A stretch of DNA of 64,000 nt from Octopus vulgaris (Eukaryota), in the NCBI GenBank assembly GCA_951406725.2, contig OX597842.1:3534001-3598000 (forward strand), given 5' to 3'. Below, piece after piece: positions 40,343-55,101 of the stretch. The notes under the pieces were generated by a model that made no database searches, was not told where the DNA came from, and saw only the letters and a list, made by a program, of their open reading frames with translations. Position numbers and translations under genes: made by a program. Position 1 is the first letter of the stretch. Each line of letters begins with the position of its first letter.

Positions 40343-40740
40343 TATATATACATATATATATATATGCGTGTGTGTGTATACAAATATATATATTTATATA
40401 TATGTATGTGTGTGTCTGTGTATGTATGCCTGTGTGTATATATATGTATGTGTACAGTATTTTCTCTAAGTAGGTTTTATATACGTATACCTAAAAATCT
40501 TGCACACAAACTCTGTTACATATAACTAGCTCCTACATACGTATATACATACACACACGCGCACCCACACACATACACACATATATAAAACATATTTTGT
40601 GGGAGTCACAGGATATTTAATAACAATTATGAATTAATATATATATACATATATACATACATAGTTGTATACATACACACATATATACTTGCATACCTGT
40701 ATATATGTACATGTATACATATATACATTCATATATATAT

Positions 40741-41232
<492 letters not shown>

Positions 41233-41615
41233 GAGGGAGAGAGAGAGAGAGAAATACATATATAAAGGACACAATGTCTTTTTCTCATGGTTTAAGCACC
41301 TACCGAAATCACGCAGGTGTTGTAAAATTTCAAATAGAATGAATTTGAAATCTATCTACAGCTGCGCACGAAATTCTACCGCGAAACTAACAAACATCAG
41401 CAAGAAATACCTTCAAAAGGCTTCTTCATCTAAACCATCGTATCATTCACATATCTGCCTTCGTAAACCTGTAAATTGACCATCAAAACGTTCAGAACTT
41501 TTGGAATCCGTAGGTTATTGCGTAAAAGTATTCCATGTTGATCAATCTGTTTCATCGGCTCGTGTCGGCGCGCGTGTGTATATATATGTGTGTATGTATA
41601 ATGTTTGTATATGTA

Positions 41616-41654
<39 letters not shown>

Positions 41655-41703
41655 GTACGTATTATGTATGTATAGATGTATAAACAGTTATGTAATGTGT
41701 ATT

Positions 41704-41752
<49 letters not shown>

Positions 41753-42490
41753 GCATGCATACAAAATCATACATAAACATATTTATACGTGCATATATGT
41801 ATGTAACTATATATATATATACACAAATTAAGTGTGTGCGTTTCAACGGCAAATATAGAAACCGTCAAAAATGCGATAATTTTACTTGTGTGTCTGTGTG
41901 TATATATATATATACTTATTTATATGAGTGTGTGTAAAGGTATGTCTGTATTTATCTATCTATATATTTATATATCCTTTTAATCTTTTCATGTATAAAT
42001 ATATACACACACTGAGGTAAATACATACAGGCAAACCAAAGCATTTTCATACACACACATGCATATATATATATATACATATATACTTGTATAATTATAT
42101 ACGTTTGCATGTCTATATATATGTTTGTTAGTATATAAGTTTATGAGATGAGCAAAGAACTCTACGCAACGATACAGAAGGTAAATTCGAAAATTTACTT
42201 TCTGTTGAAATTGTTGTCATTGTGTCTATTATTCTCACCTTTTGTCAATTCGAGGGAGGGGGGACATGAATGAAATGAAGACAAATGCATCTCGAATGAA
42301 AATATGAAATAATGACGAAAGAAAAATAGCTCCAAACAAACAAAATAAACAAAGAAAATAAACATGGAATATGGTCGTTTATAAAACAATTTTTATATGC
42401 TCTTACGAAGTTATTGTATAAGATTATCGTCATTTCACACGCCAGTTTATACATACATACAAGTGTATATATATATATACATATATACAT

Positions 42491-42562
<72 letters not shown>

Positions 42563-42689
42563 GTATGTATACATGTATATATATTCTTTTATAAATATAT
42601 GCATACAGACTTATATTCATATTGATAGAGGTAGATATATACATATATAGACATGCGTATATATATATGCATGTGTGTATGTATGCATG

Positions 42690-42714
<25 letters not shown>

Positions 42715-42723
<9 letters not shown>

Positions 42724-42850
42724 CGTAATATATATATATATATATGTATATATGTACGTAATATATATATATATATGTATATATGTACGTAATATATATA
42801 TATATATGTATATATGTACGTAATATATATATATATATGTATATATGTAC

Positions 42851-42881
<31 letters not shown>

Positions 42882-43045
42882 CGTAATATATATATATATG
42901 TATATATGTACGTTATATATATGTATATATGTACGTAATATATATATATATATGTATATATGTACGTAATATATATATATATGTATATATGTACGTATAT
43001 ATATATATATATGTATATATGTACGTATATATGTACGTATATATG
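42715..43045. repeat. Minisatellite of about 25-32-bp units, atatgtacgta(at)n gt
   Basis: About a dozen tgtacgt cores spaced by TA runs. Confidence 0.85.
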
Positions 43046-43221
43046 TATATGTATATGTATACATATATATATGTGTATATATATATGTATATATATGTAT
43101 ATGTGTATATATATATGTATATATATGTATATGTATATGTATATATATATATATGTATATGTATATGTATATATATGTATATGTATATATATGTATATGT
43201 ATATATATATATATGTATATA

Positions 43222-43340
<119 letters not shown>

Positions 43341-43804
43341 GGAAAATGATTTTTTTTTATTCAGGTTAAGTGAAAGAACGTCTTTATTACATTGTTGTCG
43401 ACCATAGATTAATGCAGAACGGAGCTTTTCGTTTTGCAGCCATTAAGTGATTTTTTAAAAAATTCGTAACATCATTTTATTCAATGTCGACAAAAACTGA
43501 ACGGGTACTGCAGTTTAAGGTACGATTATTTCACAATATCCTCACTCTTCCATTTCATTTTTGTGAGAGGCGAATATTCACTGTCGCCTTTATTCTTTAG
43601 TGCGGCTGGGTGCAAATGTATTCAATATATTATTATATTTTTTATCGTTGTTAGATTTCAAAGATCTTACACACATTGAAAGATATACCTGGATAAATAA
43701 ATTTTTTACCGGATTGTTCGTTTTTTTCTTTCCAGTGTTATTTGTATTATCCCTATATAGATTTTTTGGCGCAGAGTTTGTTGTTCTTTGTAGTTTTTTT
43801 TTTA

Positions 43805-43972
43805 CAGGTGCAAGCGTGGTAGTGTGGTAAGAAGCTTTCTTCCCAATCACATGGTTCCGGGTTCAGTCCCACTTTTTGGCACCTTTGGCAAGTGTATTCT
43901 ACTATAGCCTCAGGCCGACCAAAGTATTGGGAGAGGATTTGCTCGACGGAAACTGAAAGAAGCCTGTCATGC

Positions 43973-44003
<31 letters not shown>

Positions 44004-44267
44004 TGTGCGTGTGTGTGTGAATGTATGTGTCGATAAGATATATATATATAGATAGATAGATACACATGTATGTATGCATATCTATACATATATATATATA
44101 TATATCTTATCGATCTATGGCTGTGTGGTAAGTAGCTTGCTTACGAACCATATGGTTCCGTGTTCAGTCCCACTGCGTGGCACCATGAGCAAGTGTCTTC
44201 TACAATAGCTTCGGGCCTTGTGAGTGATTTGGTAGACGGAAACTGAAAGAAGCCCGTCGTATATATG

Positions 44268-44304
<37 letters not shown>

Positions 44305-44715
44305 GTATGTATGTGTGTGTATATGCTTGTGTGTCTGTGCTTGTCCCCTAACATCGCTTGACAACCGATGCTTGTGTGTTTACGTCCCCGTAACTTAGCG
44401 GTTCAGTAAAAGAGACCGATAGAATAAGTACTAGGCTTACAAAGAACACGTCCTGGGGTCGATCTGCTCGACTAAAGGCGGTGCTACAGCATGGCCACAG
44501 TGAAATGGCTGAGACAAGTAAAAGAGTATATATATATATATATATATATATACGACGGGCTTCTTTCAGTTTCCATCTACCCGATTCATCACAAAGCTTT
44601 GGTCGGCCCGAGGCTACAGTAGAAGACACTTGCCCAGGGCACCATGTAGTCGGACTGAACCCAGAACCATGTGGTTGGGAAACAAGTTTCTTACCACACT
44701 GCTACGCTTGCGCTC
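43805..44715. mobile_element. Cluster of three CORE-like SINE copies (+ half, + full, - half)
   Basis: 43805-43970, 44117-44527, 44551-44715. Confidence 0.85.
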
Positions 44716-44964
44716 CAATATAAGGAATTAGGATACTTTTGCACAGTAAAATGTCGATTTCGTAATCATGAATTAACTCATAAATTATTTTCGGGTTAAG
44801 ACAGTTAAGTGAATAGGAAATGTTTGATATTGGCGGTTTCTTTGCTTTTTTGTGGCAAAATTATGTGTACAGCTAAAGCTAAATTTAATGTTATTTCTAT
44901 TTAATATCTTATATTTAATGATTCTTAGGACTGCCTTTATCTAATAAGTAAAAACAAATATGAT

Positions 44965-45707
44965 CTTTGCTCTCTATCTCTCTCCTTTTCTCTCTCACTC
45001 TCTAGATCACTCTGTTTCCCTCACAATTTCTCTCTTCTCTTTCTCCCCTCCCTCCTCCTCTCCATCTTTTCCCCTCTATCACTCTCTCTCTCTTTTCCTA
45101 CACACTCTCTCTCCACCCCTCTATTTTCCCTCCCTCCTCGTCTAACCCTCTCTCCTCTGTCTCCCCTTTTCCCTCACCTTTCTCATTTCTTCTCCTCTCC
45201 TCCTTTGTCACTCCACCCTCAACTCTCGCTCCGTCTCATTCTATCTTTGCTTCTTTCACTATCTCCTTCCCTTCCACTCAATCTGTCTCCCTCCCTCTCT
45301 CTCCTTTCTTTCTTTCTGTCTTTGTTTTTCTCTCTTTGTCTCCCTTCTCTTTCTTGCTTCCTACAATATTTTTCTCTTCCCTTGTTTCTCCATATCTCTC
45401 CCTCTCATATTCTTTCACTTTCCTTCTCTTTTTCTCTTTCTCTTAATTTCTTCCCTTTCCTCTCTCTCTTTCCCCCTCTCTTGTACTCACTCACCTTCTC
45501 TCTCTTCCTCTCTTCCTCTTTCTCTCTCTTCACCTTTCTCTCTCTTCACCTTTCTCTCTCCCTCTCTCTCTCCTTTCTCTCATCCTCTCACTCCTCTCCC
45601 TTTCTCTTCTCTCTCTATCTCTCCCTCTCTCTCCCTATTTCTCTCCTTCCCTCTCCCTCTCTCCCCGACTCTCTCACCCCTACTCTCCCTCCCTCTACCC
45701 CCTCTCT
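44965..45707. repeat. Polypyrimidine (CT-rich) low-complexity tract
   Basis: Directly visible. Confidence 0.9.
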
Positions 45708-46279
45708 GAATCAACTAAATAAATTATTTCAGAAAGCTCCATCCTAAATTCTCATCGTACCCACCAAGAATTAACCTCTTTCTCATCACAAATCAAAACA
45801 ATTTTCTCATATCTAACATCGTTATTTCTCAAATACAATACGAATTGTGATAAATTTATATTGAAAGATCTTTTCGTATTTCTAAAAGAATGTCTACGCG
45901 ATTAAACCGTCTCATAAATAAATATATATATTTTTTCAGTTAACTCGATATAAAGCTTTGGAAACTAAATTATCTGCAGTAAATATTTTCGAACAATAAG
46001 CGATTGATTTCAGAAGAATGGTTATATTTCATTTTATGGAAAATTTACCGAGTTAAGATAGTTATATGAATGAAAAGTTTTAGATATAGATGTTTTTGAG
46101 GTTATAACTATTGATATATGCTATTTCTATGAGAAAATGATATGTGCAGCTGAGACTTAACTTGATATTAATTCTATTTAGTGTTTTGTAATATTTTCGA
46201 TTCTTCGATATTTAGTTATTTAATAAGTCAAAATACTTATGATGTTCACCTTTCAGAGAGTATAAATATTTTATCGTTT

Positions 46280-47086
46280 ATGTTTTACTTATTTCAGTCA
46301 TCAGACTGTGACCATGCTGGAGCAATGCCTTGGAGAATTTTAGTGAAAACGAATCGATCTCAGTACTTTATGGGTTTTTTAAAGCTTCGTATCGATCCCT
46401 TTAAGCGAACAACTAGCTTACGGGGATCTAATAAAACAACGCCGGTTGTCAAGTGATGATTGTAGTGATAGCGGTGTGGAACAAACAGACACAAACACAC
46501 AAACATACACATATATACATACACATACATACACGTATGTATATACGATGGGCTTCTTTCAGTCTCTGTCAACTTAATCCTCTCACAATGCTTTCGTCGG
46601 TCTGTGGATATGGTAGGAAACACTTGCCCGAGTTTCCACGCAGTGGGACTGAACTCAGGACCATGTGGTTGAGAAGCAAACTTCTTACCACACAGCCACG
46701 CCTACGTCTATATATTCTTTTATTCGTCTACGTGCTTCTATCATTTGACTGCGGCAGTGCTGGAGCAACACTTTTAGTCTCATTCATTTAGACTTATTCA
46801 TTATAAGCTTAGTACTTATTTTTCAATCTCTTATTCAGAACCGCTAAGTTACAGGGACGAAAACATAACATCGATAGTCAAGCGATGGTAGGAGAAAACA
46901 CAGACACACAAAGATATAAATATATATAGATAGATACACACGACGGGCTACTTTCAGTTTCTGTCTCCCAAATCCACTCACAAGGATTTGGGTCGTCCGA
47001 GGCTATAGTAGAAGACACTTTCCCAACGTCCAGAACCATGTAGTTGGGAAACAAGCTTCTTACCGCACAGCCGCCATGACTACGCC

Positions 47087-47087
<1 letters not shown>
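46280..47087 (-). mobile_element. Two head-to-tail older CORE-like SINE copies
   Basis: 46280-46710 and 46735-47087. Confidence 0.8.
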
Positions 47088-47151
<64 letters not shown>

Positions 47152-47212
47152 GTATGTATGTATGTATGTATTTCTGTATGTATGTATGTATGTATGTATG
47201 TACGTATATATG

Positions 47213-47265
<53 letters not shown>

Positions 47266-47302
47266 GTGTGTATAAATATATATGTGTGTATGTATGAATG
47301 TG

Positions 47303-47335
<33 letters not shown>

Positions 47336-47953
47336 ATGCATAGGTAGTGCTCCAGCATGGCCGCAGTAAACCAGTAAAGAATAAAAGAATAGATATATTA
47401 TGATAAAAGCCACAAGCCTTGCAAAATAGATGTGTGCGCGCGCGCACGTATTTGTGTGCGTGTGTGTGTTGTTTAAAGGAACTATATATAGTTCCTTTAA
47501 AATACCATTTCAAAACATTCGTTCAGAATTCACATCGTTTTTGTCGTCAAAAATCAAAATATATATTGAAATGTTTTAAATCACCTCCGAGATGAAATCT
47601 GCATAATCGCGTAATACATTAATCCATGCTATAAAACTGTATTTGAAAATTTTCCTTAGGCAACGAACGTGAAATATTCGAAAACTCGGCATCGTATTTG
47701 AAAGGAAAATGAATGACTCCCCTGTTTACGAGTGATTGCTTTGTACAGAAGCCCTCCAAGTATACAAAAACTCTTTTATTGTCAGTTGGCATATGCGAAG
47801 ATTTTACAAAACATTTTCCCAGAAAATACACAAACATAGACACGTTCACAGAAACACGCTCAAATGCAAACACGCACGCACGCACACGCACAAACACGCA
47901 CACACAAACATGCTTACAGACAGACACACATGTATATACATATATACATATGT

Positions 47954-48021
<68 letters not shown>

Positions 48022-48038
48022 GTAGGTAGGTAGGTAGG

Positions 48039-48097
<59 letters not shown>

Positions 48098-48114
48098 GTA
48101 GGTAGGTAGGTAGG

Positions 48115-48235
<121 letters not shown>

Positions 48236-48362
48236 TGGTAGGTAGGTAGGTAGGTAGGTAGGTAGGTAGGTAGGTAGATAGATAGATAAATAGATAAATA
48301 GATAGATAGATTGGTAGGTAGATAGATAGATAAATAGATAAATAGATAGATAGATTGGTAGG

Positions 48363-48394
<32 letters not shown>

Positions 48395-48930
48395 TAGATA
48401 GATAGGTAGGTAGGTTTTATGTGGATGGATAGATAGATAGATAGATGTTTTTCTTGAGCTTAAAAGTAGTAACATCGTCTTGCATAGGACCCCCACGTTG
48501 CGTTGCCAAATAGACTTTACTGAAGGGTACTGTTACTACATTATTTCTCGCTCAGAGATTTAAAACTAGTTCTTTTTCTCTTTAGTGATCAGCGTCTGTG
48601 TGTCGCTTTGAAACTATATAAACTATATACTGTGAGCAAGAGCGATTGTCCTGTACCGAGGAAGAGAAATTACCTAGAAACCATTGGCCTACAGGTATCG
48701 CTACGGCTAGAAAGGAAGCGGTTGACTCCGATGTGCACAGTATACGGACACACGTCATGTGTTGATAGCCAACTGGAAAAGATGTTTCCTTGAGGCTAAA
48801 ATGTAGTAACATGGTCCTGTATAGGACTGCCACGTTCCGTTGGCAGAATTTCATATATATGTGTACATGCATACATATCATACATATATATATACATACA
48901 TATACATACGTACATATATATATAGATATA

Positions 48931-49650
48931 CAGGGTGTTCCAGAAGTCTTGGGCACATTTCAAGTCCTCATATCTGCTGGACTATGATTGGTAGTAAGAT
49001 GAAACTGGAACCATTTTAAAGCTAAATTCATTAAGTTTTTTTGTAATGCTAATGATTTTTCATATTTTTTCAGATCCAGTAATGGCGTTCACTCAACCAA
49101 AAAAGGCGTTTGCAAAAACTGAATCATGGACACTTGTTCGATGTGCATTTTGCACAAAATTCCAAAAAGAGGCACCAGAAAGGAAGTCCATATTGAGATG
49201 GCATGGTAAATTCATGAAGGATGGGTGTTTGTGCCCAGCTAAGAGAACGGGACGCCCCTCAACTTCAGATGATACGGTTGAGTGAGTTCGAACTGCCTTT
49301 GAGCGAAGCCCCCGTAAATCGATCAGAAGAGCCAGTAGGGACTTTTTGTGGACGTTTGTGAAAGGACTGGTCTATGTGTCTCCCTTTCAAAAAGACGTGA
49401 ATGAACTGAAGGCCCGAATAACGAAATCTGTTGCAACCATCGACAACACAATGCTGGAACGTGTTTGGCAAGAATTGGACTATCGGCTTGATGTGTGCCG
49501 TGTGACCAACGGTGCTCACATTGAAAATCTTCGAACCTTCCATAAAAAACTTGAAATTGCAGGCATTCAGAATATATCATGCGTTTTTATGTCCTTAATA
49601 GTTTTCGAAATATTTAATGTCAAAATGTGCCCAAGACTTCTGGAACACCC

Positions 49651-49652
<2 letters not shown>
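48931..49652 (+). mobile_element. Internally deleted Tc1/mariner element, rosa (DD41D)-like
   Basis: Perfect 30-bp TIRs cagggtgttccagaagtcttgggcacattt in TA context; N-terminal HTH region (SILRWHGKF...TGRPS...SPRKSIRRASR) joined directly to the C-terminus (FLWTFVKGLVY...LKARI...LDYRLDVCRVTNGAHIE). Confidence 0.92.
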
Positions 49653-49720
<68 letters not shown>

Positions 49721-50346
49721 AACATACATACATACATAAATACATAGATAGATATATTTAAAGAGAAAGGGGAGAGTGAAAGTGAGAGAGAGAGAGACAA
49801 ATAGATTTATTGAGGTTGATAGGGTATATGTTTGAAGTATGCAAGTATGGATACTACATACGAATACATAGCTATGTATACCTTATATGATTATGCAATA
49901 TATAGTCATATACACAATATGTATAATATACATAGTCACATGTCTAAATAATCATGCACACACACATACATATATACTCGTATATACGCAAAACGCTAAT
50001 TCTATTAACTATATATACGATAATGTAATCGAAAATATTTTGTCTGATGCTATGGTCACAGCTGTGAGGTTTGCTGGGTCAGGATTGACCTAGGGCTAAA
50101 CAATAACACAACGATGGCTACTAAGACTAACTACTGTACTATACATTAGGTAATGTAGTCCTAGATAGACTATGTCTGAATAAAAGATGGGACAACTTTG
50201 ATTATATATTTGTTAGATCAGAACTGACCTGGAGTTGAAAAACAACGACAACTACAGCCATTAATATTAACTGCTATGCTATACATTTGATAATGTAGTC
50301 CTTGATACACTATGCCTGAATAAAAGTTGAAAAGTTACCAATGTAT

Positions 50347-50742
50347 AGGCGTAGGAGTGGCTGTGTGGTATGTAGCTTGCTTACCAACGACATGGTTCCG
50401 GGTTCAGTCCCACTGCGTGGCACCTTGGGCAAGTGTCTTCTACTATAGCCTCAGGCCGACCAAAGCCTTGTGAGTGGATTTGGTAGACGGAAACTGAAAG
50501 AAGCCCATCGTATATATGTATATATATATATGGGTGTGTGTGTGTGTTTGTATCTGTGTTTGTAGCCCCACCATCGCTTGACAACCGTGTGTTTACGTCT
50601 CCGTAACCTAGCGGTCTGCTAAAGAGACCGATAGAATAAGTACTAGGCTTACAAAGAATAAGTCCTGAGGTCGATTCGCTCGACTAAAGGCGGTGCTCCA
50701 GCATGGCTGCAATCAAATGACTAAAACAAGTAAAAGAGTAAA
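50347..50742 (+). mobile_element. Major CORE-like tRNA SINE, full length, with internal TA/TG tract
   Basis: A and B boxes, gtggcaccttgggcaagtg core, tail ggtgctccagcatggc...acaagtaaaagagtaaa. Confidence 0.92.
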
Positions 50743-51209
50743 ATAGTAATGTAGCAACTTGATCATAGACCAGCAGTATCAGGACTGACCTAGGGTTATA
50801 CGAAGACCCTTACAACTACGACCACCACCACCAACAGTAACGCCTCCACTACCAGTGGTACAAAAGAAGATCACAGTCATCATCATCATTAGCATCATCA
50901 TCAACAACAACAACAACGGCGGTCCGAACCCGACATTTGATCACGCAATACGGACAAATTTAGACGTTGTCGTGGCGGTGGTGGAGGAGGAGGAGGAGGT
51001 GATGGTGGTGAAAGGGTGAGTTGGTGGTTTAGGATGGGGGGGGTGTTGTGTCTTAGACGGCGGACGGGAAGGTGTGAGAGGAGGAGGAGGTGGTAAGAGG
51101 TGGGGTCGGGCGTTTGGACAAATCAAGGAATAAATTCTAAAATACAACAGGGAACGGTCCAACCGCATGTCTTGGAGCGATCCTTCAAAGTTCATACGAC
51201 ATTAAGATT

Positions 51210-51211
51210 TA

Positions 51212-51296
<85 letters not shown>

Positions 51297-51876
51297 TATT
51301 AATAATAATAGTCATATTAATAATAATAATAATAATAACAACAACAACAATAATAATAATAATCATAATAATAATAATGATGATGATGGTGGTGATGATG
51401 ATGATGATGTTGATGATGATGATGATGATGATAACAGCAACAATAATAATAATAACAATAATAATTCGAACAAAAACAACAATAATGATAATGGTAATAA
51501 CACCAGCGACAATAATCATAATAGCAACATCAACAAAAACGACAACAACAACAACAATAATTATAACAGCGATAATGATAAAAATAATGATTATTACTGA
51601 CAATGACAACAATCATGATAATAAAGAAAGATGATGATGATGATGATGACGCGGGTGGCGATGATGATGACAATTGCAATAATAATAAATAATAATGATA
51701 ATAATAATATTTATAGTAATATTTAATAATCATGATACGGTGATGATGAGGATGATAATAATAAAGCTGATGATGATGATGATGGCGAAGATGATGGACA
51801 TGATGATGATGATAAAATAATAAATAGACGTATAAATAAATAAACATTAATAACAATAATAATAATAATAATAATA

Positions 51877-51944
<68 letters not shown>

Positions 51945-52003
51945 CATTATTATTATCATTATTATTATTATTATTATTATCATTATTATTATCATTATTA
52001 TTA

Positions 52004-52040
<37 letters not shown>

Positions 52041-52279
52041 CATTATTATTATTATTATTATTATCATTATTATTATTATTATTATCATTATTATTATCAT
52101 TATTATTATCATTATTATTATTATCATTATTATTATCATTATTATTATTATCATTATTATTATCATTATTATTATCATTATTATTATCATTATTATTATC
52201 ATTATTATCAACATTATTATTATCATTATTATTATTATTGTAATTATTATTATTATTATTATTATCATTATTATTATTA

Positions 52280-52316
<37 letters not shown>

Positions 52317-52692
52317 CATTATTATTATCATTATTATTATTATCATTATTATTATTATTATCATTATTATTATTATCATTATTATTTTCATTATTATTAT
52401 TATCATTATTATTATCATTATTATTATTATTATTATTATTATCATTATTATTATTATTATTATCATTATTATTATCATTATTATTATTATCATTATTATT
52501 ATCATTATTATTATTATCATTATTATTATCATTATTATTATCATTATTATTATTATCATTATTATTATTATTATCATTATTATTATTATCATTATTATTA
52601 TTATTATAATTATTATTATAATTATTATTATTATTATAATTATTATTATTATTATTATTATAATTATTATTATTATTATAATTATTATTATA

Positions 52693-52728
<36 letters not shown>

Positions 52729-52758
52729 ATTATTATTATTATTATTATTATTATTATA

Positions 52759-52842
<84 letters not shown>

Positions 52843-52953
52843 ATTATTATTATTATTATTATTATTATAATTATTATTATTATCATCATTATTATTATTA
52901 TTATTATTATTATCATCATTATTATTATTATTATTATTATTATCATTATCGTT

Positions 52954-53003
<50 letters not shown>

Positions 53004-53005
53004 CA

Positions 53006-53037
<32 letters not shown>
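51210..53037. repeat. AAT/GAT-rich tract switching to about 1.16 kb of (ATT)n/(ATC)
   Basis: Strand switch at about 51878. Confidence 0.95.
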
Positions 53038-53274
53038 GGTTGTCTTTTATGTGCCACCGGGGCCCAATAGTCATGCATACAAAATGTGTTTTAAAAAAAT
53101 GGGTGTTTCGTATGGGGTATGTGGAGGTGGGAGATTATGTACAAATATGTAATTGTCTGAAAACTAAGAGTGTGACAAGGACAGTCGTATGCAAATACAA
53201 CTTACAAATTCAATGCAAATATATACATAGAAATAACACACAAGTATATTAATATGTCTCTCTATGTAAACATA

Positions 53275-53337
<63 letters not shown>

Positions 53338-53338
53338 A

Positions 53339-53600
53339 TGGAGGCGCGTGGCTTAGTGGTTAGGGTGTCAGCATCATGATTGTAAGATTCTGGTTTCGAT
53401 TCCTGGACCGGACGACGCGTTGTGTTCTTGAGCAAAACACTTCATTTCACGTTGCTCCTGTCCACTCAGCTGGCAAAAATGAGTAACACTGCGATGGACT
53501 GGCATCCCGTCCAGCTGGGGAACACATACGCCATAGAAACTGGGAAGCCAGGCCCATGAGCCTGGCTAGGCTTTAAAAGGGTGCATTTATTTATTATTAT
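53339..53600 (+). mobile_element. tRNA-derived SINE with CORE-like middle and V-like tail
   Basis: tggcttagtggttaggg...ggtttcgattcc; gttcttgagcaaaacactt; gcgatggactggcatcccgtccag; parent family of the 144-bp array. Confidence 0.9.
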
Positions 53601-53615
53601 TATATATATATATAT

Positions 53616-53671
<56 letters not shown>

Positions 53672-54525
53672 ACATATATATAAATGGAACAAAAGTGCAA
53701 TAGAGGACAATAAAACAACCGGACTTATATTACCGAATTAGTAGCGGCTAGCAGTATTATTAGGCCTAAGCAAAGTATAGGTTACTTAAAATATGTTTGT
53801 GACATATCTCAACAGCTAAAAGACAAGTTCATTGCAGTTACAGTAGAGGAAATATTTCTCTTATGGTAATATAATGTGAAAACACCCAGTTTGTTCAATG
53901 CCGCTATCCATCAGGACGCCCAATCCCAATCTAGTTGGCTTTTATCAATGAGAGATACCTAAGAGAGGCAACTCTGAACATACATAGTCAGGAGGTATGA
54001 GAGATGAGTATATTTACTTAACCATTTGATATCTGTAGGATTACAGCAGTTTTGCGTCCTTCATCTTGTAATGATATTTACAGTATACCTACCCTTTATA
54101 TATTGTTCAACTTCCAAACTACATGGAAGTAAACACACCAACACGGGTCGTCAAACGGTGGTGGGAGACAAACTCAGACACGAAGAGTAACACACTGATG
54201 CACACATACGACGGCTTCTTTTAGTTTCATCAGCCAAATCCACTCACAAGGCTTTAGTCGACTCGAGGCTATAGTAGAAGACATGCGTACAAATCAAAGA
54301 ACGCATTTCCAATGACGGTCAGAATCAACAACTATTGGAAAGGTTGCAAGTCGCAACGAAGATTCTAGCAAAAAGTGATAAGTAAATGGGTGGAAATCAG
54401 ACCGGTGAGTGTGTTAAATTAAAAAGGCACTAAAAAAGAATCACTCTTCCCAGACAAAATAAAATATGCTTTAACACACAAATTCACATAAAGACTCTTC
54501 AAAATCGCATGCAAAAACGAAATAT

Positions 54526-54559
<34 letters not shown>

Positions 54560-54561
<2 letters not shown>

Positions 54562-54825
54562 AATGTAATTAGTGACAATTATTCGGTAGCCATGATAAAG
54601 CTCTGAATTTCGGATGCCGAGGTGGAAATCCACGCCGCCATCTCTTCAATTATCTGGCCAGATAACTGAAGAGATGGCGGCGTGGATTTCCACCTCGTCA
54701 TCCGAAACTCAGAGTTTTATCATGGCTACCGAATAATTGTCACATATTACATTTACAGAATTCCTCTATTTACATAATATTGAGGTCTCTTTCTTTCTTT
54801 TGTTGTCTTACCGTTTTTACCAATA
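54560..54825. mobile_element. Palindromic PLE-like family D, copy 2
   Basis: Inverted repeat 54560-54755 centred on atctggccagat, plus the same tail as the 24047 copy. Confidence 0.85.
54661..54721 (+). ncRNA. Hammerhead ribozyme, fully paired
   Basis: gataa-CTGAAGA-GATGGCGG c GTGGA tt TCCAC c TCGTCATC-c-GAAA-CTC a GAG-TT-ttatc; mirror copy at 54594-54654 is mutated. Confidence 0.8.
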
Positions 54826-55001
54826 TATATATATATCAAATTCAAATTACGATGAACGTAAACAAACAAACGAAGTTTGCTTTAGAAACGTTGAGTTGTC
54901 TAAGAAAGTTAAAGAAGTGATTTTAAATTCTCAAACACAGGATAATGCTAATAATATAGCCTGAACAGGATAAGCTACCCCTATATTGCAGGAAAAAGTG
55001 T

Positions 55002-55066
55002 TGGCGGCCGGAGACTCGAACTCACCCCTCTGTGATTACGCGTCGCGGTGTTCTGAACCAATTAAG
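55002..55066 (-). pseudogene. Truncated tRNA-like sequence (possibly Thr-CGT-like) or SINE head
   Basis: cttaattggttcagaac...cgcgtaa...gagttcgagtctc...gccgcca; 5' acceptor strand missing. Confidence 0.35.

Positions 55067-55101
<35 letters not shown>

Noticed and set aside
41410-41468. Possible minus-strand exon (tttacag|...gaag|gtattt)
   Set aside because: Stops in all three frames; cannot support even a UTR exon without RNA data
48586-48694. Possible exon (polypyrimidine-AG ... CAG|GT, one open frame)
   Set aside because: Weak donor, no recognisable peptide, lies between direct repeats
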